Assembly: GCA_965603825.1 (NCBI GenBank)
Contig: CBFDEM010000005.1
Coordinates: 806,001-870,000, forward strand
Length of the DNA stretch: 64,000 bases
From: Blepharisma stoltei ATCC 30299
Lineage: Eukaryota; Protista; Ciliophora
Direction: 5' to 3'
This document shows, one piece after another, positions 11,090 to 22,300 of this stretch (positions within the stretch are counted from its first letter, which is position 1; the number at the start of each line of letters is the position of its first letter). The notes under the pieces are model-generated. The model ran no database searches, was not told where the DNA came from, and saw nothing but the letters and a program-made list of their open reading frames with translations. A program made the position numbers and the translations under genes.

Positions 11090-12499
11090 ATGATAATGAT
11101 TAAACCTATACTTTTGCTATTATTTTATGCTTACGCCTATAAAGAAACCCTCACATTTCTCACAGTCTCCTCATCAAGCTCTCTTGCAATCATAAACTTT
11201 ACAGACGATTGAACAGACCCTCACTCTCCCATCACAAATTATGGGATATTCCCTGAATCACTATATTCTTTATTAAATCTCAGCCAAACGAAACATTTTG
11301 AAGCAACTTTTGCTTGGGGAACTCCTCCTCCGCAGTCTAGCGAAAGAATTACAATATACAATAAGCTAAAAAATGAAAAAATCAGGCTAGATAAGGCAGG
11401 ATTTACCTTAATTTCTGACTCTTCATCAAACTGAAAAATGCTGACTAGCTTGCTTAGCTCATTATTCTGCTCATATATTAACGTAGACGACGAATCCATA
11501 AAAACCAAAGAATTCCAGCACATTCATACCAATGATTTTCTATGTAAAGAAAATTTCATTAGAGCTCAACATTTATTGCCATGCCGTGGGAATAAAGGCT
11601 TCTCGACTCTTTTTGGGTCATTTTATAGCTCAAAATATGTAAGTTTGACTATTGCAGCTGAAACTGATGGGGAAAATAAATATAAATATACGATTAGAGC
11701 AACAGTAGAAGTCTCTTCAAAAGAGCCACTAAAGTCTGTGTATGATGAGTGTATTAGTAGCTCTATAGAACTTATAGAAGACGCTGCAATAGAGTCTCAT
11801 CCTCTCCATACTCTTCAAATTAGCAAGCTTTCATTGACAAGCCCTAGCTCATTTGAAAATCAGCCTATTAAATCGTCCAGAAAAATTGGTGATGTTCGAT
11901 ACAGATTTGATACTACTTATACACATGTTTTGAAAAATAATTCTCCAGAGCTTTTAAATATCGCTTTTACTGAAGTATTTCCGAATATCGTAACGCCGCT
12001 TCTGCATACATTTTCGCATTCTCCTATAAAAATATCAAAATTCAAAAAAGGGTGGACTGTTGATTTTGAACTTATATTAAAGCCAAATGAAGAAATCAGT
12101 ATAAAATTCCAGTTAGAAAAAAAGCTTTTAAGCTTTGAAGAATACCCAACAGACCCACAGAGAGGCTGGGATATCCCTTCTACCATCATCATCTACAAAG
12201 GAAACACTCTTGAAGGAATCCTCCCCACAGACGACTTATTAGTTATGACTCCAGAGCCAGATTTTTCAATGCCTTTTAACGTAATCTGTATAACTGGCTC
12301 AGTCATTGCATTTTTCTACACCTCAATTCAAACTTTACAGCTGTGGAAAGAAAAAATCCATTGGTCAAACCCTCATTATGAGACCTCCGTCATTAAAGCT
12401 CAAAAAATCCAAACCTATGTAAAAAATGGATTATTAGGGATTTCTCTAGTCATTTTATATATTTTAGACAGAAAAGGAATATTAAAGCTGCTAGGCTAA
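11090..12499 (+). CDS. PIGT: GPI transamidase subunit PIG-T/Gpi16
   Basis: Signal peptide, C.ENF..LLPC, EYPTDPQRGWDIP, PDFSMPFNVICIT followed by a TM. Extended 5' through two TGA=W. Confidence 0.88.
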
Positions 12500-12547
12500 T
12501 AAGATAAACAAAAATAGGCTATTTTTTATGTTAAAATGTAATATATA

Positions 12548-13861
12548 ATGTCTGAGCATCTCCTCAAAATGCTTATAGAAATTGAGCACACTGCTCCTGC
12601 TTATTCTTCAAAAGCCCGCACAGCTTCATTACTGCCGAGTCCCCGCACAAATTTCCAATCAATTTCCAGTCCTCCATCTGCTTATAACTTATATTCTCAG
12701 GATAGGAACTCAAAAGTTAAAGAATTTAACTATGAAAACACTAAAAAACAGCTGAATTCTTTATATAATAAATTAAGCTCTGCTGAAGCTCACAAAGAAG
12801 CTATTGAAGCGCAGAGAAAAGAAAAATTTAGGTCGCAAGATGAAAAAAGGCAAAGGAGGACTTTAAGGTCGAAAATCAGCAAAATATTGTCAAGCTTGCC
12901 TGAGTTGTGTCAAAAACAGAATAAGCATGACACGTGGACTAAAGCTGTCGAAAAAAGGCAGAATTTAATTAAACTTAATGAGATTAGAAGTAGCAGAGGA
13001 TTGGACCCTTTGGAAAAGCTTGAAATTTCAAGTGATGAAGAAGTGGATTATAATGGAAACCTTTATAAAAAAACTGACTATTTTGATAGACCAGTTACCT
13101 TGAGGAACCTTTTATATGAGAATTTGACACCAAAAGAGCTAGCGGTTATGAGTGAGGATCCTTTGTATTATATTCAAAATTCAAAATACCTAGAAGATTT
13201 AAATTTACTTAAAGAAAAAAGCTGAGATGAATTAATAGCAGAAGACCCGAAGGACCCAAATAATATCAAAAAATCCAAAAGAAATTTCACAGACAAATTT
13301 TTACTGAGAAATTGTAAAAGTGAAAGCCAGAAGCTGAGGCTAAAAGATCCAGAAGCTATATTACTAACAAAAAGAGCACAGATGAATGACAGCCAAAACT
13401 CGAGGGTGGAGCAAGCCATGGAGAGCCAAAAAATGATGGAGCAGTATTTTCGAGACAAGCAAGAACAATTTAAACTGAAAAGTCATGAAAAATACCAAAA
13501 AATCCAAAATATGATAGAAGAAAACCGAATAAGCATCAGAAAACGCTACGAAACTAAACAAGCCAAAATCGAAGAAAAAATTCACAAAGAAAAAGCCAGA
13601 CAAGCTGAGCAGCTTCAAAAAAAGAAACAAATCTACGAAAAACACGTCCAAAAGATCATAGAAATGAAAAAGAAAAAAGAAACCGCATTAGACACGCTGA
13701 GAGATTTTAAAGAAATTTTTAATGAAATGGAAAATGTATATAAAATCAAGCTAAAAGAACAACAAATGTCACAAAAACTTGTAGGAGTCAAAGATTTAAT
13801 TAAGAAATGGGAGGCAAAGGAGTACTTTTTGCATAAAAGTAGGGATTTTAGCACTTTATAA
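12548..13861 (+). CDS. Hypothetical coiled-coil protein
   Basis: ORFs 12548-13225 and 13382-13861 are in frame, separated only by TGA. Confidence 0.75.
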
Positions 13862-13932
13862 AAATATTTTTATTTATATGATTTTTATTGGGAGATCTTA
13901 TATATAAAATTCTTAATAAAATAACCCGGGAA

Positions 13933-14673
13933 ATGGAAAATTCACCCTTTAGAGCACAGTCAGGAGACCGCAAACCACAGACGTACACCCCAGTTAATTT
14001 AAAGCTGGTTTTTGATATGGTAAAAGCTGGAGAACCTTTTAAGCTTAACAATGAGCCAATTGATGTTATTGAGCTCGTATGCAGGGTCTCAGGATATAGA
14101 GAGTCCCAAAACACTATTTCCCTTGATCTCCAAGATGACAACGGAGCCATAAAAGGTGTAATCTACCGAAAAGGCGATGGCAGCCTACCCAAAGCATTAA
14201 GAAACTACACTTTTTCAGCTAATGGCTATGCCCACATCATCGGAAATCTTCGGAAATTCAATGACAATGTACAAGTTGTAATTCAGCAAATTGAAAATAT
14301 TACGAACTATGAAAGTGTCCACTATCATAAATGCAAAGTTCTTTGGAGCTTTTTAATTAGAAATGGAAGCCTGCATGTCCCAACCCAGCCATCCCAGCAA
14401 AGTCAAAATATTTTAACTGAATCTTCAAAGAAATTCGTCAGTCCTGAAAATACAGAAAGTAACGAAATGTCATATTTAACTTTGGAACAAAGAGAAATAA
14501 TGAAAGCAGTTGGCACAGCTTCAAGAGAAAAAGGAGGAATTGCTAGATATGCAATCGCTGGAATTGTAGGAAGCAAAGTTAAAGACATAGATAGAGTGCT
14601 TAGTGAGTTGTTCAATTATGGATACATTAGCCAAACTGATGATGGTGCTTATTTTATAGTGAATAATTCTTAA
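13933..14673 (+). CDS. RPA32/Stn1-like OB-fold plus winged-helix ssDNA-binding protein
   Basis: LDLQDDNGAI..YAHIIGNLRKF..ITNYESVHYH, then a C-terminal WH (L..L...GYISQTDDGAYF). Confidence 0.8.
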   Translation: MENSPFRAQSGDRKPQTYTPVNLKLVFDMVKAGEPFKLNNEPIDVIELVCRVSGYRESQNTISLDLQDDNGAIKGVIYRKGDGSLPKALRNYTFSANGYAHIIGNLRKFNDNVQVVIQQIENITNYESVHYHKCKVLWSFLIRNGSLHVPTQPSQQSQNILTESSKKFVSPENTESNEMSYLTLEQREIMKAVGTASREKGGIARYAIAGIVGSKVKDIDRVLSELFNYGYISQTDDGAYFIVNNS

Positions 14674-14713
14674 TTAAATGGCTTGTGGTAATTTTTGTCT
14701 ATAATTTAGAATT

Positions 14714-15325
14714 ATGAAAGCTTTGATTGTTTATGCACACCCCAGTCCAGCTAGTTTCAGCCATGCAGTAAAAGAGTCGTTGAAATCAGGATTCATCGAT
14801 GCAGGGTGGGAAATAATTGAAAGTGACTTGTATAAAATGGGTTATAAGGCTTGCTTAGACAGATATGATTATCCTACTTATACAGAAGAAGTATTTAATA
14901 TAGATAGAGCTTCAACACAAGCCTTAAATGATCATGTTTATGATAGAGAAATTGAAATTGAGATGGACAAAATCCGCGCAGCAAATGTCATTGCTTTTCA
15001 GTTTCCCATATGGTGGAGTACTACACCAGCCATTTTAACAGGGTGGCTACAAAGGAATTTTCCTATAGGTTTTGGATGGCCAGACCCAGTTTTAAGTGGT
15101 AAAAAAGTATTAATTGCATGCACTGCTGGAAATAATCCAAAAGAAGAATTGGAAGCTGCAGTCAAATTATTTGCAAGATCTTTTGAATTTATGGGAGCTA
15201 AAATTTTGCCTTATATAATAATTACTTCTGTAAACACCTCTACGCAAGAAGGAAGGGAAAATGAGTTAGCAAACGCTAGGGAAGTTGCAAGAGAAACTGC
15301 AGCAAATTTCCAAACTGCGCCTTAG
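14714..15325 (+). CDS. NAD(P)H:quinone oxidoreductase, Flavodoxin_2 (NQO/MdaB/KefF) family
   Basis: MKALIVYAHP..SF, DLY, FQFPIWWSTTPAILTGW. Confidence 0.88.
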   Translation: MKALIVYAHPSPASFSHAVKESLKSGFIDAGWEIIESDLYKMGYKACLDRYDYPTYTEEVFNIDRASTQALNDHVYDREIEIEMDKIRAANVIAFQFPIWWSTTPAILTGWLQRNFPIGFGWPDPVLSGKKVLIACTAGNNPKEELEAAVKLFARSFEFMGAKILPYIIITSVNTSTQEGRENELANAREVARETAANFQTAP

Positions 15326-15453
15326 TAGATAATTAATTATACTTAGTAATCAGCAATTGCTTATTTTAGCTTATCAATAATTTTCATTAATTGTAGACTT
15401 TCAAATAGAAGCATAATTGCGGCTTATTTTAAAATATAGAAAAATGCTAAATA

Positions 15454-16074
15454 ATGAGTGAGCAATTTTACGACCCAGAGCAAGCCAAAGACGAGCTAAA
15501 AACCAAGCTAAAACTCTTAAGATCAGCTTTAAAGCCACTCATAGTCGATGGAAAAGTCCCAAGCAGCGCAGTCCCATCTGACCTCCGCGAAGAAATCGTA
15601 AAAATCTATGACGAGCATGGCGGTATCAACCTTCTGACCCAAATTCTCAAACTTGGTTACAACACTATCAAAAACTGGCACAAAACCTGACAATCAGACC
15701 CCTTGGTCTTTCGCAAGCCCATCAAGCGTCAGCGCGAAAAAGGCTCCCAAGTAGAAAAAGTCGTTAAAAAAGTCCTTGGCGCCAACAAATCAGAAACAAT
15801 TATAAAGAAAGAAATAAAAACCAAGCATATTATCACAGAAAATTCAACCCCAGTAGAAAGGCTTTCTAATGAGCTGACCTTATCAGAAGAAGCCCAAATA
15901 AAGAAAATAAAAGAAATGATGGCGGAAAAACTGAGGTCTGGGAAGGGGTTATATGATAATGATGATCTGAAAAATGAAGTTACTAAACTTTATAGGACGG
16001 TGGGAGAAGCAAATTCTGTCGCAATTTTGCTAGGATTAAGTGAAAAAGCTGTTAAAAATTTAGTTGAAAATTAA
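15454..16074 (+). CDS. Hypothetical protein with two HTH-like motifs
   Basis: Two track ORFs fuse through TGA (15688-15690). Motifs LREEIVKIY..LLTQILKLGYNTIKNW and LKNEVTKLY..SVAILLGLSEKAVKNL. Confidence 0.7.
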
Positions 16075-17522
16075 TTAGGTTTAATAAAGTTGTCTTCTTT
16101 AGTGAAGGTGGGAGGAAGCATACGCTTGAGGCGGCCAATGAGGTGCTTGTTAATGCGGTTGTGCTTGGGAACACCATTTGTATAGGATACATCGATAGCC
16201 ATAAAGCTAGGGATCCCATTTTTCATCATATTTCATTTGGGAGTAATTGATTTTTCAAATGATTTAGAATGCAAGTCTTCTCGCTCAGTTGAATTTTCTG
16301 TATCTAAAATCGCAGTTTTTTTCAATATATTCAACTCTTTGTCACTTAATGGCTTCAGTTTAGTCCTTTCATGCTTTGGGGTATTTATCGTTCTTAATAT
16401 AAAGCTGTTTCTTTTTACATTAATAGGCGATAAACTTGTAGAATTTTGGCTCAGATGCTTTAAGGCTACCCTGCTTAGCTGAGGTTTTACGTCTAAAATT
16501 TGCTCCATAGACTCGAATTTTTTTTTCCGAGAGTTTTCTTTGATTTTAATTTTGTTTTGCAAAAAATTCAAGGATTCTTCACCTCTTACCCTCATTTGAA
16601 AATCTTTTTTGGTGATATAGAGGACTTCGGCACTAGTGGAGTAGCAAGTGCATGTGTAAAGCATTTTTGAGTTTGCCATGACTTCTTCGTCACCTAGCAT
16701 CTCGCCAACGCCTACTAAGGCAATTATATTGGAGGTTTTTACTTGTGTTAAGGAGAGCTCTTTTTTGGTTTGGCCGATTGCGCTATAGGCGTATTTAGGG
16801 GTTTTGTCAGCGTCACTTCATTTTGTGAGTTCAAATTCTCCTTTTTTTACTATATAAACGTGTTCACTTTCCTCTCCTTGTTTATACACAATACCTTTCC
16901 TAATAAAAGATTTTGACTTAAAATAATACGTCAGCCTTCCAATCGCTTTTTTGGTCCAGCCTCTAAACAGTGGGATCCCTGCAAAAAAATCAATTAAGGC
17001 GTCTAATTTTTCAGCTTCAACCTTACCCAATATTTTTAAATAATCTTCTTTTTCAAGAATTGCAAAATGAGTATCAGTTACGCATTGAATTGTCGCTGAC
17101 CTTGGAATGTCTTTTAATAGGGCTAGTTCTCCAAAAGCCATTCCTTGTGAAAGCTTGCCAACTTCTGTCAGAATTGTTTCAGTTCCTTCTTCTGGATTAT
17201 CACAGGGTCTTGTGGTTGGAACTAATATACTGACTTCTCCATCCAAAATGATATAAAATTTAGTTCCGAATTCCCCAAAGTGACAAACATACTGAATAAA
17301 GATTACCTCATCTTTAGGGATAAATTCATAGCCCATATACAAGCAAGCTTGTCAATGAATCTGTTCTCCAGATTCTTCAACTTGTTTTATGAAAAATTTT
17401 ATGTTTTGTGTAAGGGCTTTTAAAGTACTTAATTGTTTTTGAGATCTTTGAAATGATGGCTTTGATAATAAAGAAATCAAATCTTTTAGTGTTTGATTGC
17501 TCTCATCATTAGTTAATGACAT
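16071..17522 (-). CDS. Tandem cyclic-nucleotide-binding-domain protein; 15-nt intron 17292-17306
   Basis: FGELALLKDIPRSATI phosphate-binding cassette; the second CNB (LGDEEVM) is degenerate. Fused through TGA=W. Confidence 0.85.
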
Positions 17523-17598
17523 AATTATTTAAAAAAAGAAAAAATTGGCAATTTTCCTCAAATTAAATACAGAAAACACAATTTTGTATAAACACTTA

Positions 17599-19002
17599 TT
17601 AATCATTTTCAGAGTTATTAATGAGCTCATCAAATTTCTCATTTAAACTTTTTATTGATTCCTCCAATGAATCTGACAGCTCATTGTGCTGATTTAGTGC
17701 ACTCTCAAGATCAACCATTCTTTGTGAAAATTTTTGTTCTGAGCCACCTAAAATTCTTTCAAATTTAGAAATCAAGTCCATCTCAGCCGCTGTTTTATTA
17801 TCAAATCTATTAGAAACTACGCTTTTACTGCTATCGCCTTCTTCACTTTTTTCTTGAGCTTTTTTCTGGATGAATGCCATAGGGACTCCTAATGCTGCAA
17901 TAACTATGAGAATTATCCAGACCCCAGAAATGCTTTCAATTTCTAATGGGACTGACGCTTTATGGTCGCAGCCAGTGGTATTTGAAGCTAGTATGTCTTT
18001 GTTTTTTAAGTTTTGATGGAAATGATTTTCATATAATACTAAATTCGCCAATGTAATTTGATTATAAAGAGTCTCGTCAAAATCATTAGAAAATGCAAAT
18101 GCGTAATACTCAGGGATAAACACGTCCCCCACTATCTTAAAATCACAACTAATCCCTGCATAAAATATTGCTAATGGTACAGGCAAAGCTGCAGCATCTA
18201 TACTTCCACTGTCTAAATCGTCTAAAATTTGTAAGGCATTCCCATTGTCCCATTTATATGATTTTACTTTGACTTGGAATGCTTCTAAAGCTTCTTTATA
18301 TTGGACAAATGATCCAATTTTTAGCCCTTTTATATCTTTGTAACTGTTTATTGAACTTTGATAATTATCAACTGAAAAATTCGCGACTAAGCTTGCTACA
18401 TAAGCTGCTGCCAGCGTTAAAGCAGTAAACCAATATATCATTTGTATAATTTTTCCAGGCAAAGTCCTTATTTCTTTAGCTCCAATGAACACAAGTGATG
18501 CAAAAGCGTGCCACAAGCTTTCTAAAATTCCTTTTCTATATTGAAATTGTATAGGACCATTTACTTTTCTTTCTATCATCCATAAGATGTGGGCATAAAA
18601 AAGAACTGAGAAAAATATAGCAATCCAGAAGGTATAGTCAAATGGTTTTAAGAATATTCACATTGATGTACTATCAACAAGCTTGATTACAAGAAATAAC
18701 CCAGAGTCATAAACAGGGGTTGAGTATTTTAATTTAGATAAATATTGGTTCTTAATGGCAACTCCTGCTATTGACATATCAGCGTTTCCATTAAGAATCG
18801 CGGTCATCATATTGTCTCAATCAAAACATTGGATTGTATAATTAGTAAAGCCAATATAAGATGAAACTTTGTCTCATAAATCAATAGAATACCCAGTAAA
18901 ACTTGAATAGTCTGTTGAACCAATGTCGCAATATGTCATAGGTGGCCATGGACTTGTAACTAAAGTATATGCATAAATCCCTGGCAATAGGAAAATTCAC
19001 AT
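17599..19002 (-). CDS. Ionotropic glutamate receptor-like ligand-gated channel without an amino-terminal domain
   Basis: Signal peptide; S1 (PWPPM..GYSIDL(W)..ADMSIAG); FLKPFD..W-M1; pore helix SLWHAF; M3 AAYVASLVA (SYTANLAA-like); S2; M4. Confidence 0.85.
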
Positions 19003-19010
19003 TTATTATT

Positions 19011-20585
19011 ATGGACATCAACTTAAGCAAAGACGAGTTAGACAGGCTTAATAATGCTTTAAAAAAGCCTGAATTCGTGACACTGCTAAATGAATATGTT
19101 GATGAAATTTCTGACCCAAAAAACAGAAAAGAATACGAGGATTATTTAAAACAGCTGGAAGGTAATGGAGAATTACCAAATGGAAGAGTTTTGATTAGGC
19201 CGGGACCTGGATTTTGTATTAAAACTTCGCTTAAAAGTAAAGGAAGAACTATAAAAGGATTTATTAACATTTGTAGGGCGAATGAAATACAAGCACCTTC
19301 ATTAGAGAGAAAGGAAAAAGGCGGGACATGGAGCGTCCCATATGCAATGGGGCATCCGAGGCATGATAAAGATAAGCGAGGAGATGTCTGTTTGACTCTT
19401 GATTGTGCGTATAACCCGATGGCTTTTGAACTAGCTAAAAATTCTCAACAATTTTTGCAATTATTATGTGAAACTGCGATTAAAGCAGCTGCAACAGTTT
19501 TGAAATCTCAAGGTGAAACAGTTAGCGAAGATTACAAGTTATTAAAAAAATTAAAATGCAAAGGAGGAAGTCCTGGTAGTATCATGGTCAATGAAATGAG
19601 AATGAAAAATCCAAATCTCCCTCAAGAAGAAAGGCCTCAAACTTATAAGCTGTCTGAAGAAGGGCCAAAATTATATAAAGAATTGGTATCTACACAAATG
19701 AAAGCGAAAGAAGAAGAAAAGAAAAAAGAGACAGAAAAAGAAAAAGAAAAAGAAAAAGAAGAAGTCGAAGAGCCTAAAATTGAAGAAAAAAGATCAACTG
19801 GGATTGTGAAGCCTAAATATAAAATTGTTTATACATCTCCTGTGGATTTAGGTGACTTTTTGGATTCCCGAGTAAAAGGTATAAAAAGACCAAAAGAAGC
19901 AATCGTGACAATTGATGTGCCATTTATGGAAAAAATTAGTGAGGCCAAAATTGATGTGCAGGACAAGCTACTTATTTTTGGTGTCAATAATTTATATTAT
20001 TTAGAAGTCAAAATTTCTTACTCAGTTGATGAAAACAATGCCAATGCAAAATTTGATAGAACAAAAAAGCAAATGAAAATCACATTGCCAATTATCCCAG
20101 GGCCAGAGCTCCCAGAAATAGTGCCAAACGATATTCCTGAAATCGTAAATGATGAAGAAGAAAATAATAAGCCTAATGAAGAAATAGTGCAACTACAAGA
20201 GCCGAAAAATGCAGAAAATATTGTTGAATCACAGAAATCTACAAATCATAAAGAAGAGCTGGGAGGAGCAGAAAATAATTTTTTAAAAATAGTAAACGAT
20301 GAAGGAGAAAGTAAAGCTGAAGAAAATACTGAAAAAGATGAAAAAATTGAAATTCCTGAAGATTTAAATTTAAAATGGAGTGAAGAAAGGCAAGAAACTG
20401 ATAAAAATGAAAGGAAAAATTTAGTTGAAGAAATTAAAAGTGATGAATTAGAAAGAGTTGAGAAAGAAGTTGAGGAAAATAGTGATATAAAAGAAGAAGC
20501 CTGTGAAGAGCCAAAAGTTAAAGAAATAATCCAAACACCTTGCTGCATCCGGCTGAAAAGTCAATTGCTGTATCAGCTTTTATAA
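19011..20585 (+). CDS. DNAAF2: Kintoun/PF13 dynein axonemal assembly factor (PIH1 + CS domains)
   Basis: F..LL.EYVDEISDPKNR..YE.YL.QLE, PGFCIKT, FINIC, WSVPY, AKFD. ATG taken at 19011. Confidence 0.88.
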   Translation: MDINLSKDELDRLNNALKKPEFVTLLNEYVDEISDPKNRKEYEDYLKQLEGNGELPNGRVLIRPGPGFCIKTSLKSKGRTIKGFINICRANEIQAPSLERKEKGGTWSVPYAMGHPRHDKDKRGDVCLTLDCAYNPMAFELAKNSQQFLQLLCETAIKAAATVLKSQGETVSEDYKLLKKLKCKGGSPGSIMVNEMRMKNPNLPQEERPQTYKLSEEGPKLYKELVSTQMKAKEEEKKKETEKEKEKEKEEVEEPKIEEKRSTGIVKPKYKIVYTSPVDLGDFLDSRVKGIKRPKEAIVTIDVPFMEKISEAKIDVQDKLLIFGVNNLYYLEVKISYSVDENNANAKFDRTKKQMKITLPIIPGPELPEIVPNDIPEIVNDEEENNKPNEEIVQLQEPKNAENIVESQKSTNHKEELGGAENNFLKIVNDEGESKAEENTEKDEKIEIPEDLNLKWSEERQETDKNERKNLVEEIKSDELERVEKEVEENSDIKEEACEEPKVKEIIQTPCCIRLKSQLLYQLL

Positions 20586-20807
20586 GTTAAAATAATACAC
20601 AAGCAATTTACTCTCAATTTAAATAAAACTTAAATATTAAATAATCAGTAATAAATGGCTTCTAACTAAAATCGAAAATTTTTAGCGAATTATTATAGAG
20701 TTCTTCTTTATTTTACAAGAATTAATTCTTTATTCTTAATAGCTTTCTTTTATTCCCATGTCAAATATGGCATTGCTGGCTTAAAAATACAGCTTAAATA
20801 TTTTCAA

Positions 20808-21044
20808 ATGGCAAACTGCGAGGTGGATTTTTTTGAATTTTGCAAGTTGAATGATAAGATTGAGGCTCTTCAAGATTGTATAGCACGATACAGGGTTTGA
20901 ATAAAGCAGAATGAAATAGATATGTCAAGAGCTGAGCTTTGAGCACAAAAAGAAGCATTAAAAAATATGATGCAAGATTTGGAAAAACAAACTGAAAAAT
21001 TCAATCAATGGGAAAGCAACATCAAGCATTTATTCCCTGCATAG
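20808..21044 (+). CDS. Small 78-aa helical protein (two TGA=W)
   Basis: ATG to TAG open frame with TGA=W, coding-like composition between AT-rich spacers. Confidence 0.45.
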
Positions 21045-21202
21045 TTTGGAATCCTTCTATGGCTTCAGGCCGAAAATATCTTAATTTAATGTAAATAGCT
21101 TTTTAAGAAAATCCAAAATAAACCAAAAATGAAACTTCAGAGACACAAGGATCATTCATTCAAATTTCAGTAGATGAATTTATTTTATTCCACAGGAATA
21201 AT

Positions 21203-22180
21203 ATGAAACCAAAAATCCAGAATTCGAGAGGTCACTTTGAGCTTCGTCACAAACTTGAAATCGACCATCCAGAATCTTCTTTTACTTACAAGTCCCCAGG
21301 CAGCGTAAAAGGAATTCGAAGTCCTGACTTGCGGACTCAAAGTTTAGCAGATCCTCATAGAACTGGAAAATCCCCCAACTCAGCAAAAAATCCAAGGGAA
21401 AAATTTCTGAAGGCAAAACCGCCTGAAAATAAGCAAGAAACTTCTTTTGAGGCTCCTTTTAAAGTCATAGAGCCACCAAAAAATCGCATTAAAAAAACAA
21501 TCGAGAAAATCACCCCACACAAAAATAATTTTTCAGTTTACGATCCCACAAATGAAAATCAGAATTCATCTGCTTTGGGAGCCAAAAACCTGAAAATAGA
21601 AATCGAGACTTTAAAGAAAATAATTGGTTCGCTTAAAGTAAGCCACAAAGAACAAGAAGAAACGCTAGTTTTTCAGCTGCATCAGCTTCAGCAAGAAATA
21701 ATGGAATTAAAAGCTGAATTTGCAGAAACTATAGGGTTCTTGGCTCAAATTATAGTAAAATATTTAGATAAGCATACTCCACGAGCGATAAGTGAAGAAA
21801 TGCTTACCAAAATTCAAGAAAAGCAAGAAAGATTAAAAATAGACTTAGACTCAGTAATAAAATCGATTTCTGAGTCTACAAACACAAATATTTCAAGAAA
21901 CACTAATCCATTTAAAAGAGACTCAATTGCAAGCTTATCAAGCACTGGTCATTTTCAGTCTTTTAACGAAAGCTTTCATTTTCCATTAATTTCCAGCCCA
22001 ATTAATCGCACTTTTGAGGTAATTTCACTTTATGATTATCACCCAGTGATAGAAGACCACTTAGATTTTCAAGCTGGAGAAAGAATTCAAGTGACAGAGA
22101 TGCTTGATGAGGAATGGTGAATTGGAATTCTACGTGGAAAATCTGGGAAATTCCCTAAGGAATTCGTTCTGAACGATTAA
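21203..22180 (+). CDS. Coiled-coil protein with C-terminal SH3 domain
   Basis: SLYDY..LDFQAGERI..EEW(W)IG..GKFPKEFV. The SH3 WW is encoded TGG TGA. Confidence 0.88.
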
Positions 22181-22300
22181 AAACTTTTTTATTTTTGCCT
22201 GACTCTATTAATGACCATTACTGATTTTTGCATTTTAAAATTAAAATTGGTTTTATCCAGTGAACATAAGTTAGAAATAAGCATATTAGTTAATATGTGT

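Noticed and set aside
18969-19010. Track start of kintoun at 18969
   Set aside because: It overlaps the iGluR-like signal peptide on the other strand. ATG 19011 follows an AT-rich leader and fits the family N-terminus better.
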